DNA from: Camelus dromedarius
Taxonomy: Eukaryota
Direction: 5' to 3'
Assembly (NCBI RefSeq): GCF_036321535.1
Contig: NC_087436.1
Span: forward strand, 110,672,001 to 110,736,000
DNA length: 64,000 nt
Part shown: positions 13,796 through 25,500 of the stretch, piece after piece
Layout: every line of letters starts with the position of its first letter
Position numbering within the stretch: position 1 is the first letter of the stretch
Notes under the pieces: generated by a model
Told to the model about the DNA's origin: nothing
Database searches by the model: none
Seen by the model: only the letters and a program-made list of their open reading frames with translations
Program-made: the position numbers and the translations under genes

Positions 13796-15019
13796 ACTAT
13801 CTAACTGATCAATAATCTTTTTTGCTTCAACTACATAAAAAAAGTAGTTTTACTCATTTTGTTGGTTTATTTGTACCTTCGCCTTATTCCATCTAGGATT
13901 TGAAAGGGATGACAGCATTCTATGGTTTTTCTCCCCTCTTAGGATTAAACATTACAACAGTTAGGAAGAAAATGCAGGTAATATTTTTGTTGTTGTTGTT
14001 ATTGTTGTTTTGTTTTGCTTTTTTTTATTAACTCTCTTTAGAAACATTAATGTCATCAGAATCACTCTGATAAAAACATACTGGGACACTTTAGAAAAGG
14101 CATAGCTGCCCAGTGTCCTCAAGGGGACACCTGTGTGACCTGTGCAGCCACCAAGCAGCACATAGCAATTCCCCCTGGAAGAGTTACCTAGTGCTGCATA
14201 GCAGCTGCCCTAGGACAAAGAATCACAGATCAGTTGAAAATGAATAGGAAACAAGAGACAGAGCATGCAATTATCCATATTATTATTTCCTAAGAAGACC
14301 AGCATTAATATACTCAGGCATTCCAAAGTATCAGGGACTCTGTCAATCACATATTTAAGGACAGAGCTTCCAATTCTGACAGGTCATGTGTTTCTATAGA
14401 CAGTGATGAGTAAAACACAACAGTAATGGAAACATGAAAAATGTCAGAGGGGCCTATTCTTTGGGATGAAAAGTTGACTTCCAGTTTGAATGAGGACAAC
14501 TTGTCTTTCAGCTTTTTAACTTCCATGCGAGTTCCAGTTGTTTTTATTAAGAGCAAGAGATGTAAAAATTGAAAAAAAAATTAAGTCATTCTGCTAATGT
14601 GGTCATGTGTACATCTTTTATTTCTGTAGAAACAGGTTTTAAATTATGCGTCATATAGATACAAATGTGTGTATATAAATATACATACTTACTTTTGTTG
14701 TAAAACTTTGGGAAAGATAACGGAATAAAAATTGAAAGAATTCCTAGAGGGCCTACAGTACAAACCTCCCTACTTAGAGTGAAATACTGAAGCCAAATGT
14801 CATGTTGGGCTGGAAGTGGAAACTAGTACTCCAGTACTCATTCCACTGCACCACACCACATCCATTACACCCAATAAAATCAGCCAAATATAAACCAAGT
14901 CAAGTTCTCCATCTTCAGGGGGAAAAAAAGATTCAAATCAAGCCAAAATGAATACTGTGACAGAAACTGCCAACCGGCTTCTGATACCATTCTCCCTATC
15001 GTCCTTAAATGTAAGAAAA

Positions 15020-15835
15020 TAAATTTTGGCTGGGTACATTGTCACAAAAACTATATTGCTTAGTCTCCCTTTCAGCTGGCTCCCCATTGTGTGACTAATT
15101 CCTGAATATAAAATGAAGTATAGATAAAATATAAACAGAAAATCTAATATATTGGCTGAAAACATGATGTCCATTTTGAACCTAGAGGCAACAACCTGCT
15201 ATGGATGACAGAGCAACAAGACGAAGGAGCCTAGAGCCCCAATAAACAGGGAGCAAACAATAACCAGGTAGGGTTGCAGCCCTATTGTTGGGCTGCACCT
15301 CACAGGTCTACACGACTGATACTTGCCCAGCTTCAAGACCAAAGAAAGAGCCCAGAGACGTCAATGGTTTAATGGACAGGGGGAGATTACGTGTCTGAAG
15401 CAAGGTCCCGGAACGACTCCACCACATGCGGGGATGGCAGACAGGGCATGGTGGCAGTCTTTATTTACTCCTGGTGGGTAGAGGAGATTACCAGTTATAG
15501 GGGGAATTGAAGTCAGGCTGGCTCATTGGTTACCAGGGAAACCAGCAGAGGGGCACACCCCTAACTGCCCCTTTGATAAGAACAGTCACTAGCCGGGGGA
15601 TGGGGCAATTATGTAGGAAGGTCAGTCCCATGAATTGGGTGTAGGTGAAGCAGGCACTAGTTGAGCAGGGGATGCACAGAGAGCAAGAGAACAGCCATCT
15701 TCAGTGTCCTGACCACACCTACCTGCATCAAATCCTACTTTACTTGAAAAATAAACTTCTTTCTTACTTAAGTCCCTGTTATTTGGTGTTTTTCTGTTGT
15801 ATACAGTCAATTCTAATCCTAATATAAATATACAA
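15020..15835 (+). mobile_element. Old ERVL/MaLR-type LTR interrupted by a younger LTR
   Basis: ccattttgaacctagagg...gatgacagagcaacaagacgaaggagcct before the insertion; aaataaacttctttcttacttaag...ctaatcctaatataaatataca after it. Confidence 0.6.
15286..15717 (-). mobile_element. ERV solo LTR
   Basis: TG...CA termini, flanks cctat/cctac (5-bp TSD with 1 mismatch), higher GC than the flanks, antisense ATTAAA near 15368. Confidence 0.7.
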
Positions 15836-16499
15836 AACATATATCTAAAAGACCTTAGAATGTTTTAATTAATGTGACAATAATTGAAAAAAGATTGATT
15901 TAACCCATTATTTTTTTATCCTAAAGGGATTAAAACATTAATCAAACTTTGTATTATGCTCCCATTCTCTTTCCTACCCCCCAGGCATACTGAATTTCTA
16001 AAGCTGGACAGGGTACCAATATCTAGGACAAGCTCTTTGATGGAAATCAGAGAGGCAAAAGTTCATTATTTTCTTTCTGTATCTTAATTAAAAACATCAA
16101 AATTCCAATTACATAATTCAGCTATTTATTTGTTAGATGTATGGGGGCAGAAGTGAGATAGATGTTTCAAATAATTTGTATTTTGGTATTGTATTTATTT
16201 GGTTTAGGTATTTTGTGTGTATGTGTGTGTCTGTGTCTGTTTGTGTGTGTGAGTAACTCACCATTTACAGGATACTGTCTATATAAAAAACTGAGAAAAA
16301 ATATTGACACAACACTTACCAAAAAATATCATTCAAGGAAAAACAAACATCATGCACTACTCAGGCAGATCATCCCTAATTTTCATGGTGGTCCAATCTA
16401 TTTCTTATCTTTATGATCAACAGTTCTCTGAATTCTTAACTCAGAAACTAATGTCTCATACAAGAACAGGAAAAAAATAAGCTAATAACAATATAAGTA

Positions 16500-16900
16500 A
16501 TAATAATTTTACCTTTCCAATATGCTTTCATACAAAAAGCTCAAGTGCTTTATAAATTACACATATAGGATATTTAACCTCCTACTAAAAGGCTGCTAAT
16601 CTTAAAAAGAAATTCTCTGTAGCGCAGGGCGGCAGGAAAGAAAGACTGCCACGTCCATGCGCAATTGCTGGAGGAGTTTTAGGGAAGCAAAGTATAATTC
16701 TCTACAGCACTAAAAGCTTTGAACAATCCCTTTTAAAAATCATCAAGGGAGCTTTTAATCACCAGAAGTAGTCAACTCTTTGTTTTGGGTCTCATCCAAA
16801 CAAAGTGGAAACTTAAGCCATAAAATAGCACACCAAATCATCAGGGGTTATGAAGTCAGCTCCACTTCATTAGCAGTGGTCTCTTTGCCAATGACTATGT
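16500..16900 (-). mobile_element. AmnSINE1 (Deu-domain SINE) relic
   Basis: Collinear matches to the antisense AmnSINE1 consensus as I recall it: ctttcatacaaaaagctcaagtgctttata; ggcaggaaagaaagactgcc; ggagttttagggaagcaaagtataatt; gggagcttttaatcaccagaagtagtca; gttttgggtctcatccaaa. Confidence 0.75.
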
Positions 16901-17409
16901 CAAGTAAGGAAAATGGAAAAGATCAGAAGGCAGGCAAAATCTGTTACTCTTGAAGCTGAGAAGAACTAAACTGTGAAAGACAGACAATTGGCCACATTTT
17001 GCAAACTTTTGCTGCCTGTTTCCAGGTCTTCAGAACCAAGATCTGAGAACTTGCCCTCAATTCCAGCCACCTACCACAGAAGACAACAGCAGGGAACGTT
17101 TCTCACACCTTTGTGCGACCTGTGAACTCTTATCAACCTTGGAGACCACGACCCAGCTACTGCCGTTGCCGCCACGAAGCCTGCTGATTGTAGCTACAGC
17201 AGGGATGACCCTTCCTTTCTCTGAGTCACTGCAGCTCATTTTTCATGCTGCTAATACAGCATGTGTGACTTATAAGAGATGTTTTTGAGTCTTTCTCCTC
17301 TTCTAAAGGATTTGTTCCTTATGGGTAGTGATGGTACCCTGTCATATGTAAACCCCTGGCAAAAAGCCTGGGACAAAATGGACGCTGATTGTTTTATTAA
17401 TGTCTCAGT

Positions 17410-17918
17410 TATCCAGTCCACTATCAACTCTAACCTAGACCACTACAACAACCTTCTAACTGATCTCCCTGTTCCCCTGCCTGTCTTCCATTTGTCTATT
17501 CTGAATGTAGTAGCCAGGAAGAGTGCCTAAAAGTGAAGATCATTCCCCCAGCACTTCCCCAGTGCATACTCCAGTCGTACTGGCTCCTTTCATTCCTCAT
17601 CAAACATACCACACTCACTTCCGCAAATCTTAATACATGTTAATCCCTCCAGTAATGCTCTTCTCCACAAACCAATCTCATTCTTCAGATCTCAGGTTCA
17701 GTGTCACCTCTTCAAAGAAACCTCTTGTGCCCACCATCACATTAGTTAAAATTTGTTATTTCCTAGCATTCTTTATCCTGAGCTCCTAATAGCCTCCCCA
17801 CATAGACTGTAAGTTCCATTAAGGCAGGGACGATGGAAGCATTATTATCCATTAAATCTTCAGCAAGTAGTACAATGCCTGGCACTTCTACACACTCAGC
17901 AACTATGTGTTGAATGAA
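17410..17918 (+). mobile_element. L2 LINE 3' end
   Basis: tagactgtaagttccattaaggcagggac...acaatgcctggcac...tgttgaatgaa is the L2 terminus. Confidence 0.85.
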
Positions 17919-18091
17919 AAGATAACGCAACTTGGGCTCTAACACTAAATACCTGTATCCCATAAGGAGGATCCTACTAGACTAGAGAGATTCTCCAAGG
18001 CATTTAAAATTGGAATAGTCTGACAGAGAGAAAGAGCAACTAAAATGAGTACTTATGAAAATTAGGAAAAATTAGAAAAGTGAAGCTTCCT

Positions 18092-18855
18092 TCCAGGTCC
18101 ATCCCTATTGTCACATATGGTAGGATCTCCTTTTTTATATGTATATACCATAATCTCTTTATCCATTCATCTGTCCATGGATATTTGGATTGTTTCCATA
18201 AGCTGACTATTGTGAATAAGGCAGCAATGAACATCGGAGTGCAAGTATCTCTTCAAGATCCTGATTTTCAATCCTTTTGGATATATACTCGGAAGGGATT
18301 GCTGGATTATATAGTAGTTTTGCTTTTAATTTTTTGAGGACTCTTCACAGATTTTTCCATAATGGCTGCACCATTTTACATTCCCACCAACAGTGTACGA
18401 GAGTTTCAATTTCTCCATAAGTCAGTCAAAGAAGAACAAATACTACATGATTCCTCTTATATTAGGTATCTAAAATAGTCAAAAGCATGAAAGCAGACAA
18501 CAGAAGGAAAATTACCAAGAGACAGGAGAGTGGGATATGAAGAGTTGTTGTCAACGGGTATAAAGTTACAGTGACACAAGATAAATAAGTTCTAGAGATC
18601 TATTGCTTAACATTGTGCCTACAGTTAACAATAAGGTATTGTGCACTTCAAAATTTAAGAGGGTAGATTTCACATTGTGTTCTTAATACAAAAAAGGGAC
18701 ACAAGGAAACTTTTAAAGGTAATGGAAATGTTTATTGCCTTAATTATGGTGATGGTAATAACACAAGTATATACTTAAGTCCAAACTCACCAAATTGTAT
18801 TCATTAATTATGTGTAGTTTTTTGTAACCCAATTACACCTCAATAAAGATGTGGA
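18092..18855. mobile_element. 5'-inverted (twin-primed) L1 3' fragment
   Basis: Antisense L1 at 18092-18417 (ORF 18040..18234 MFIAALFTI...[15 protein letters not shown] is the L1 ORF2 C-terminus) joined to a sense 3' UTR at 18417-18855 ending caataaagatgtggaaaaaa; TSD aaaagtgaagcttcct (18076-18091) / aaaaatgaggcttcct (18856-18871). Confidence 0.85.
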
Positions 18856-18876
18856 AAAAATGAGGCTTCCTAGTAT

Positions 18877-19377
18877 TGTAATAGGGAAGAATAAGAGCTG
18901 TTCCTTTAGCTCTAACCCTGTGCTCTGTTTCCTGTGCTTAGTCATGCTGGTTCTGCACCTTTTGTAAAAGACTGTTGCCTATTGCCTGAAATATGCAGGA
19001 CAGCCCATTCTCAAGGCTTTGACCTTTAAGGATATAACACTTTTCCTTTCATGTAGGATAAAAAGTTGCAGAACAGAGAAATAATATTTGTCTTGTTGGA
19101 GGTTCACAGGAGCTTTGTGACCTGACCTACTGGACAGCTTGAAGAACAAAGGATTCTGACACCAAGAAGTTTGCAACAACCAATCACATCCCCACCCCTG
19201 TTTAGTATAAAAGGAGCCTGAATTCTGGCTTGGGTAAGATGGAAGTCTATGATATTAGTCCCTTATCTTCTTGGTCTGTTGGCTTTCCAAATAAAGTTGT
19301 TATTCCTTGCCCCCAAACCTCTTCTGCTGATTTACTGGCCTGTTGTGAGACATGCGAACAAGTTTGGACTGGTAACA
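18877..19377 (+). mobile_element. ERV1-class solo LTR
   Basis: tgtaa...taaca termini, TATAAAA at 19206, AATAAA at 19290, flanks gtat/ctat (4-bp TSD, 1 mismatch). Confidence 0.85.
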
Positions 19378-19559
19378 CTATGAATGCTATTTAACAATGT
19401 AAACAAATAATTACAGTTTGTAGCATACATCTCATTACAGGGCCTCTCTCCTGTTTACCCTGTTAACTCAACACAGACATCATGTCCTCCAGGGAGACCC
19501 TCCACTGGTGTAAGGTGCCCTTTTGATACGCTCTAGTGATACCTGATGCACCCCTCTAA

Positions 19560-20080
19560 GGTCAGGGACGTGGCAGAAGACATGCATGGAAAGAAGTGTT
19601 AGGTACAGATTGTGCGCGTGTTTACACTTCATGCTAAAATGTTTGGAATTTACCTAGTGAACAACAGGAAATAACTGAAAGTATGATCCGATTTGTCATT
19701 TATAAAAATTGTTCAGGTTAATCTGTGAGTAGAGTAGATTCAAGGAAAGGAAGACTGGAAAGTAAGAAGTGGTTGACAGGCTACCACAGTGGCCAAAGAC
19801 ACACATGATGAGGATCTGAATTAGGACAATGGCAAAAGGAATAAAAAGATGAGTATGAATTCAGGCATTATATAGATGGTGTATTCTACAAATCAGCTAA
19901 GAGAAGAAGTTGAGTTTGCAAAAAAGATAATAAATTTGGCTTGGGGAAAATGAAGTTTGAATGTGTTGGGGGATATCCAAGCAAAAATATTAAGTGGATA
20001 ATTATAGATTCAACCTAGAACTCACAAAAGAGAGGTAGACTGGAGATGTAGATTGGGAAGCCATTGGTGGTCATAGGGTT
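19560..20080 (-). mobile_element. L2 LINE fragment
   Basis: Purine-rich antisense L2-like sequence (gatgaggatctgaattaggacaatggca...tggagatgtagattgggaagccat). Confidence 0.7.
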
Positions 20081-20700
20081 TGCCCACAGATGACCTTGGC
20101 CCTACAAGTTTGAAGGTCCTACATACAATGAAAATACCTGGCATGATGATTCAGGAATTGATCAGAGCATTCTCCAGTGCAGAGCAGACTAAAATAAATG
20201 GTATCCTAACAATTAAAAAAAATACTACATGCTCAATAAATAAGAAATACTGACCCTTTCATAGGAATTACCAAAATCAGAAGACAGAAACATAGTTCAT
20301 TAAATCCAGATTGTTGTCCACAATTTCTAACACTTTGTCATAATCTCAAGGTGCCCAAAAGAAGTCTCTCTGACTCTAAAGATACACACATAAAATGCTG
20401 GAGTTCGTTGAAATATATTACACATTAGTATACTTAGGTGTTCTAGATACATGTTTCGCACCTACTGCAGTATAATGAAGATGAATTATCTTGCATATTA
20501 TGTTCCTTTTGCTTAATGGATCCCATACAAGGTTCACAAAGCATGCTAATAAATTCTTTTTATTCACCTAAGCCCAGTAACGAAGCTGAGCTGTTTACAA
20601 TACATGGCAATACTGTGACTCAGTTCAACTGTCTCACTGAAAGAAAATAGCATTGAAGAGGAAACTAAGAGCTCACTAGAGTGAAATTATAAGAACTATG

Positions 20701-20897
20701 GGTTGGGGAGGGTATAGCTCAAATGATGGAGCACATACTTAGCATGTACATGGTCCTGGGTTCAACCCCCAGTACCTCCTCCAAAAATAAATAAATAAGT
20801 AAACCTAATTACCTCGCACCCCACCACCCCCCCCAAATGAAATAAAATAAAACATATAAGGAACTTCTACAACTCAACAGAAAAAAGAAAAAGAAAA
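20701..20897 (+). mobile_element. Camelid tRNA-derived SINE (Vic-1 type)
   Basis: ggggagggtatagctcaa (A box)...gtcctgggttcaaccccc (B box), aaataaataagtaaacctaattacc, A-rich tail; TSD aagaactatg at 20691-20700 and 20898-20907. Confidence 0.9.
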
Positions 20898-20967
20898 AAG
20901 AACTATGAACCAGGCACTATTAATTCACTCATTTGTTACTTATACAATCAGGAGATAATAACATCCC

Positions 20968-23900
20968 AATTTTGAATTTTGTCAAGTACTTTTTCTGAGT
21001 CTATTGAGGTGATCATGTGATTTTTATCCTTCTTTTTGTTAAGATGGTGTACACACTGATTGATTTGCAAATACTGAACCGTCCATGCATCCCTGGAATA
21101 AATCCAACTTAATCATGGTGTATGATCCTTTTTATATATTGTTGTATTTGGTTTGCTAATATTTGGTTGAGGATTTTTGCATCTATATTCATCAAAGATA
21201 TTGGCCTGTGATTCTCTTTTTTGCAGTGTCTTTCATTTTGGTATTGGGGTAATGATTGCCTTGTAAAATGAATTTGGGAGTGTTCCATCCTCTTCAATAT
21301 TTGGAATAGTTTGTGAAGATAGGTATTAGCTCTTCTTTATATGTTTGGTAGAATTCTGCTGTGAAATTGTCCAGTCTTGGACTTCTGTTTGCTGGGAGTT
21401 TTATAATTACAAATTCAGTTTCACTACTAGTGTTCAGTCTTTTCAAATATTCTGTTTCTTCTTAATTCAGTCTTAGCAGATTTTGTGTTTCTAGAAACTT
21501 GTCTATTTCTTTTGGGTTGTCCAACTTGTTAGCATTTAACTGTTTGTGGTATTATGAGTTTTTGTACCTCTGTGGTATTGGTTGTTATTTCCCCTCTTTC
21601 ATTTCTTATTTTGTTTATTTGGGTCCTCTCTTTTTTCTTCTTAGTGAACCTGGCTGAATGTTTTATCAATTTTCTTTATCTTTTCAGAAAACCAGCTCTT
21701 GGTTTCATTGAATTTTTAAATTATTTTTAAAAATCTATTTTATTTATTTCCACTCTGATCTTTATTATTTCCTTCCTTCTGCTTACTTTGGGCTTTGTTT
21801 ATTCTGCTATTTCCAATTCATTTTGGTGATAAGTTAGGTTGTTTATTTGAGATTATCTTGAGGAAGGCCTGTATCACTATGAACTCTCTTAGAACTGCTT
21901 TTGCTTCATCCCATAGATTTTGAATAGTTGTGCTTCTATTTTAATTTGTTTCAAGGTACTTTATGATTTCCTCTTTGATTTCTTCATCAACCCATTGTTT
22001 TTGTTTTGTTTTTGTTTTTTTTAGCAGCATGTTGTTTAGTCTCCACGTTTTCCCTTTTTTTCTGTAATTGATTTCTAGTTTCATACCATTGTGGTTGGAA
22101 AAATGCTTGATATGATTTTTATCTTCTTAAATTTATTGAGACTCGTTTTGGGGCCTAGCATGTACTCTATCCTGAAGAACATTCCATGTGCACTTGGAAA
22201 AAAAATGTATTCTGCTATTCTGCTATTTTTGGATGTAATGGCCTGTAGGTATCTACTAATTTAAACTGGTCTATTTTGTCATGTAAGACGACTGTTGCCT
22301 TACTTATTTTCTGTCTGTATGATCTGTCCATTGATGTCAGTGGGGTGTTAAGGTCCCCTACTATTATTGTATTATTGTCAGTTTCTCCCTTTATATCTGT
22401 TAGTACTTGCTTTATATATTTATGTGCTCCTATATTGGGTGCATATATGTTAAAATGTGTAATGTCCACTTCTTGTATTGATCCCTTATCATGATACAAT
22501 GCCTTTCTTTGACTTTTGTTATAGCTCTTGTCTTAAAGTCTATTTTGTCTGATATGTGTACTGCTACCCCTACTTTCTTGTTGTTTCTATTTGCATGAAA
22601 TATCTTTCTCCATGCCCTCACTTTCAATCTGTGTGTGTCTTTTGCTCTGAAGTGAGTCTCCTGTAGATAGCATATTGAAGGGTCTTGGGGCTTTGTTTTT
22701 GTTTTTTCCAGTCAGCGTTACTCCATTGACATTTAAAGTAACTATTAATAGCATGTAATTATTGCCATTTTATTACTTGTTTTCTGGTTGTTTTGTAGTT
22801 CTTCTCTGTTCATTTCTTCTTTTTGTTTCTTCCATTGTGGTTCAATGATTTTCTTTAGTACCATGCTTATGTTTCTTTCTTTTTAGCGTTTGTGCATCTG
22901 TTGTAGGTTTCTGATTTGTGGTTATCATGGGATTTATATATGTTGACCTATAACTATATCTACTTGTTTTAAACTGGTAGTCATTTAAGTTCAAACATAT
23001 TCCAAAAGATCTACATTTTTTTACTCCTCTCCTTCACATTTTGTGTTTTTCATGTCATATTGTACATCTTTATGTTTACCCCTTAACTGTTTGTTGTAGC
23101 TATTACTGCTTTAACAATTTTTGTCTTTTAATTTTCGTATTGGCTTATTTAAGTGATTGATTCTCAGTCCTTACTATATATTTGCCTTTCCTAGTGAGAT
23201 TTTTCCTTTTCTAAAGATTTTTACTTCTTTTCCACTTAGAGATGAGTCTTTAACATTTCTTTTAGGGTAGGTTTAGTATTGATAAACTCTTTTAGTATTT
23301 GCTTGTCTGAGAAGTTCTTTTTCTTTTTCTCTCTTTTGATTCTAAGTGATAATCTGCTGGATAGAGTATCTTAGGTTGCAAGTTTTTCCTTTTGGCTCTT
23401 TGAATATATCATGCCACTCTCTTCTGATCTGAAAAGTTTCCATAGAGAAATCAGCTGATAGCCTTATGGATATTCCCTTGTATATGACTCTTTTTCTTTT
23501 GCTGCCTTTAGAATTCTCTTTTTATCTCTAACTTTTGCCATTTTAATTATGATATGTCTTGGTGTAGGCCTGTTTAAGTTCATCTTGTTTGGGACCCTCT
23601 ACGCTTCCTGCATCTGAATATCTGTTTCCTTCTTCAGGTTTGAGGATTTTTTCAGGCCTAATTTCCTCAAATACATTTTCAATACTCTTTTCTCTGTCTT
23701 CTCCTGGGCCCCTTATAATGTTGGTATGCTTTGTGTTATTCTAGAGATCTCTTAAACTGTTCCCATTTCTTTAATTTGTTTTTCTTCTTCTTGTTCTTAT
23801 TGGGTGATTTCCATTATTCTATCTTCCAGATCACTTATGTGTTCTTCTGTATCACTTAGTCTGCTATTCATTCCTTCTAGTGTGTTTTTTTATTTCAGTT

Positions 23901-25500
23901 ATTGAATTATTCATTTATGATTGGGTCTTTCTTATATATTCTAATTCCTAGTTAAATATTTCACTGTGTCCATCTATTCTTTACCCTAATTAAGTTAATG
24001 AATTTATTATCAATTCTTTATCTGGTAGATTGTTTATTTCTGTTATATTATTTATTTTTTAGGGGTTTTCTCTTGCTCTTTCAATGAGAGCAGTTCCTCT
24101 GCTATTTCATTTTGCTTAACTTTCTCTGCTTCTATGAAAGTAGGTAAAAGTTATCTATTACAGTGTTGAAAGGGTGTGGTGTTATTATGTGGGATGTCCT
24201 TACACAGACTGAATGTGCCCAGTGCTTTTGGTGGGAGAGTTGGATTTGACATGGATGCAAGTCACACCTTTCCTCAGGGTGTTCTGGCAGCTATCTTCTT
24301 AGTAGGGGGTGAAGCTGGAGATGGAGAGGCTAGCGTTGGAGTGGGTGTGAGGTAGGGCTTTGCCTCTACTCAGTGGCTGTCACCACCTTATCAAGGGTGG
24401 AGCTTATCCTGAGTTGCTGGCGCAGAAGCCATGAGGGTCAGTCCTGAGCTGGCTTTGTTCCTTTTAAGTGTATATTTTCCCCTCTCCCAGCACAAGGGCC
24501 CTTGCCATAGAGTCAGGGAGTGCTGCAGTAAGCGGGGAAGCCCAGGTGGGCTCTCCGCCTGTGTCAGCGACAGAGTTCTGAGTCGTCTCTGATGTGCTGC
24601 CTGTGCAGATGCCCATAATTGTTTCCCTCTTTCTGCTCAGGTGCAGCCTCAGGTGCAAGTCGTCTTTGTACCTCACAGCCAATCACTGCCCCCAGCCTCC
24701 TCTGCCCACACGCTGTTTCAAGCCATAATGCAAGGCAGTAGGAGCCCATGTGGACTCTCAACATGCATTAGGAAGTGAACTATGGTAGAGCAGCCACTGT
24801 CAGAGATCTGGGTGGCTTCTGATGCACTGGTTGAGTAAGTGCCAACAGTGGCTGCTGCATCCCCATCCAGGCTCTGCCCCAGGACCAGACTGCCTCTGTA
24901 TCCCATGGCCAAGCCATCTCCCTCATCATGGCTGCCCCAGATTCGGTGCTGAGCTATGACACAGAGTGAATGGGACCAGAACATTTCAGTCGGCTTGGGT
25001 TGGGGTGCACCCCACGGTGGTTATGGGAAACCCAGAAGCCAACAGCCACTAAATCAGTCTTTTCTCTGCCCTCTCTACCCTACCTAAGGGACAAACCAAT
25101 GCATGCATGCTCCTCACAAGCAGAGCCCAGGCTTCCCAGAGCCCTCCTGTTAGTTCTAGTGGTCCTCCAATCAGCCAAGGGGACTCATCTCCCCTGCCCA
25201 GAAGACCAGGATAGTGGTGCCCAATCTGTGTCTCTCACCACTTGCTCCCCAGGGCAGGTCTTTGCCTGTACATTCTCTCTTTTCCTCCAAGTCCCCTTCC
25301 AGGGACACAGGTCCCAACCTGATATCTTTCTTCACTTCCTACCTGATTGTGTGGATCTTTCTTACAGCCTTGGTGATACAAGAGTCCTGCCAGTTTCTAG
25401 TTTTCAGTGAGAATTGTTCCACATGTAGATGTATTTTTGATGTGTTCATGTGGGGAGGTGAGCTCACATCCTTCTACTCCTCCATCTTGATCGATCTCCC
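20968..25500 (-). mobile_element. L1 with intact 5' end, 3'-truncated within the RT domain
   Basis: 5' end gggagatcgatcaagatggaggag at 25500 going left; GC-richer 5' UTR at about 24200-25500; decayed ORF1; ORF2 endonuclease and RT fragments. Confidence 0.92.
20970..22768 (-). pseudogene. Decayed L1 ORF2 (endonuclease + start of reverse transcriptase)
   Basis: Frameshifted fragments WRKIFHANRNNKKVGVAVHISDKIDFK, NIYAPNIGA...[52 protein letters not shown], ending at MITSIDSEKVLDKIQ. Confidence 0.92.

Noticed and set aside
24200..25500. GC-richer region as a gene promoter/CpG island
   Set aside because: It is the L1 5' UTR, with CpGs largely decayed to TG/CA.
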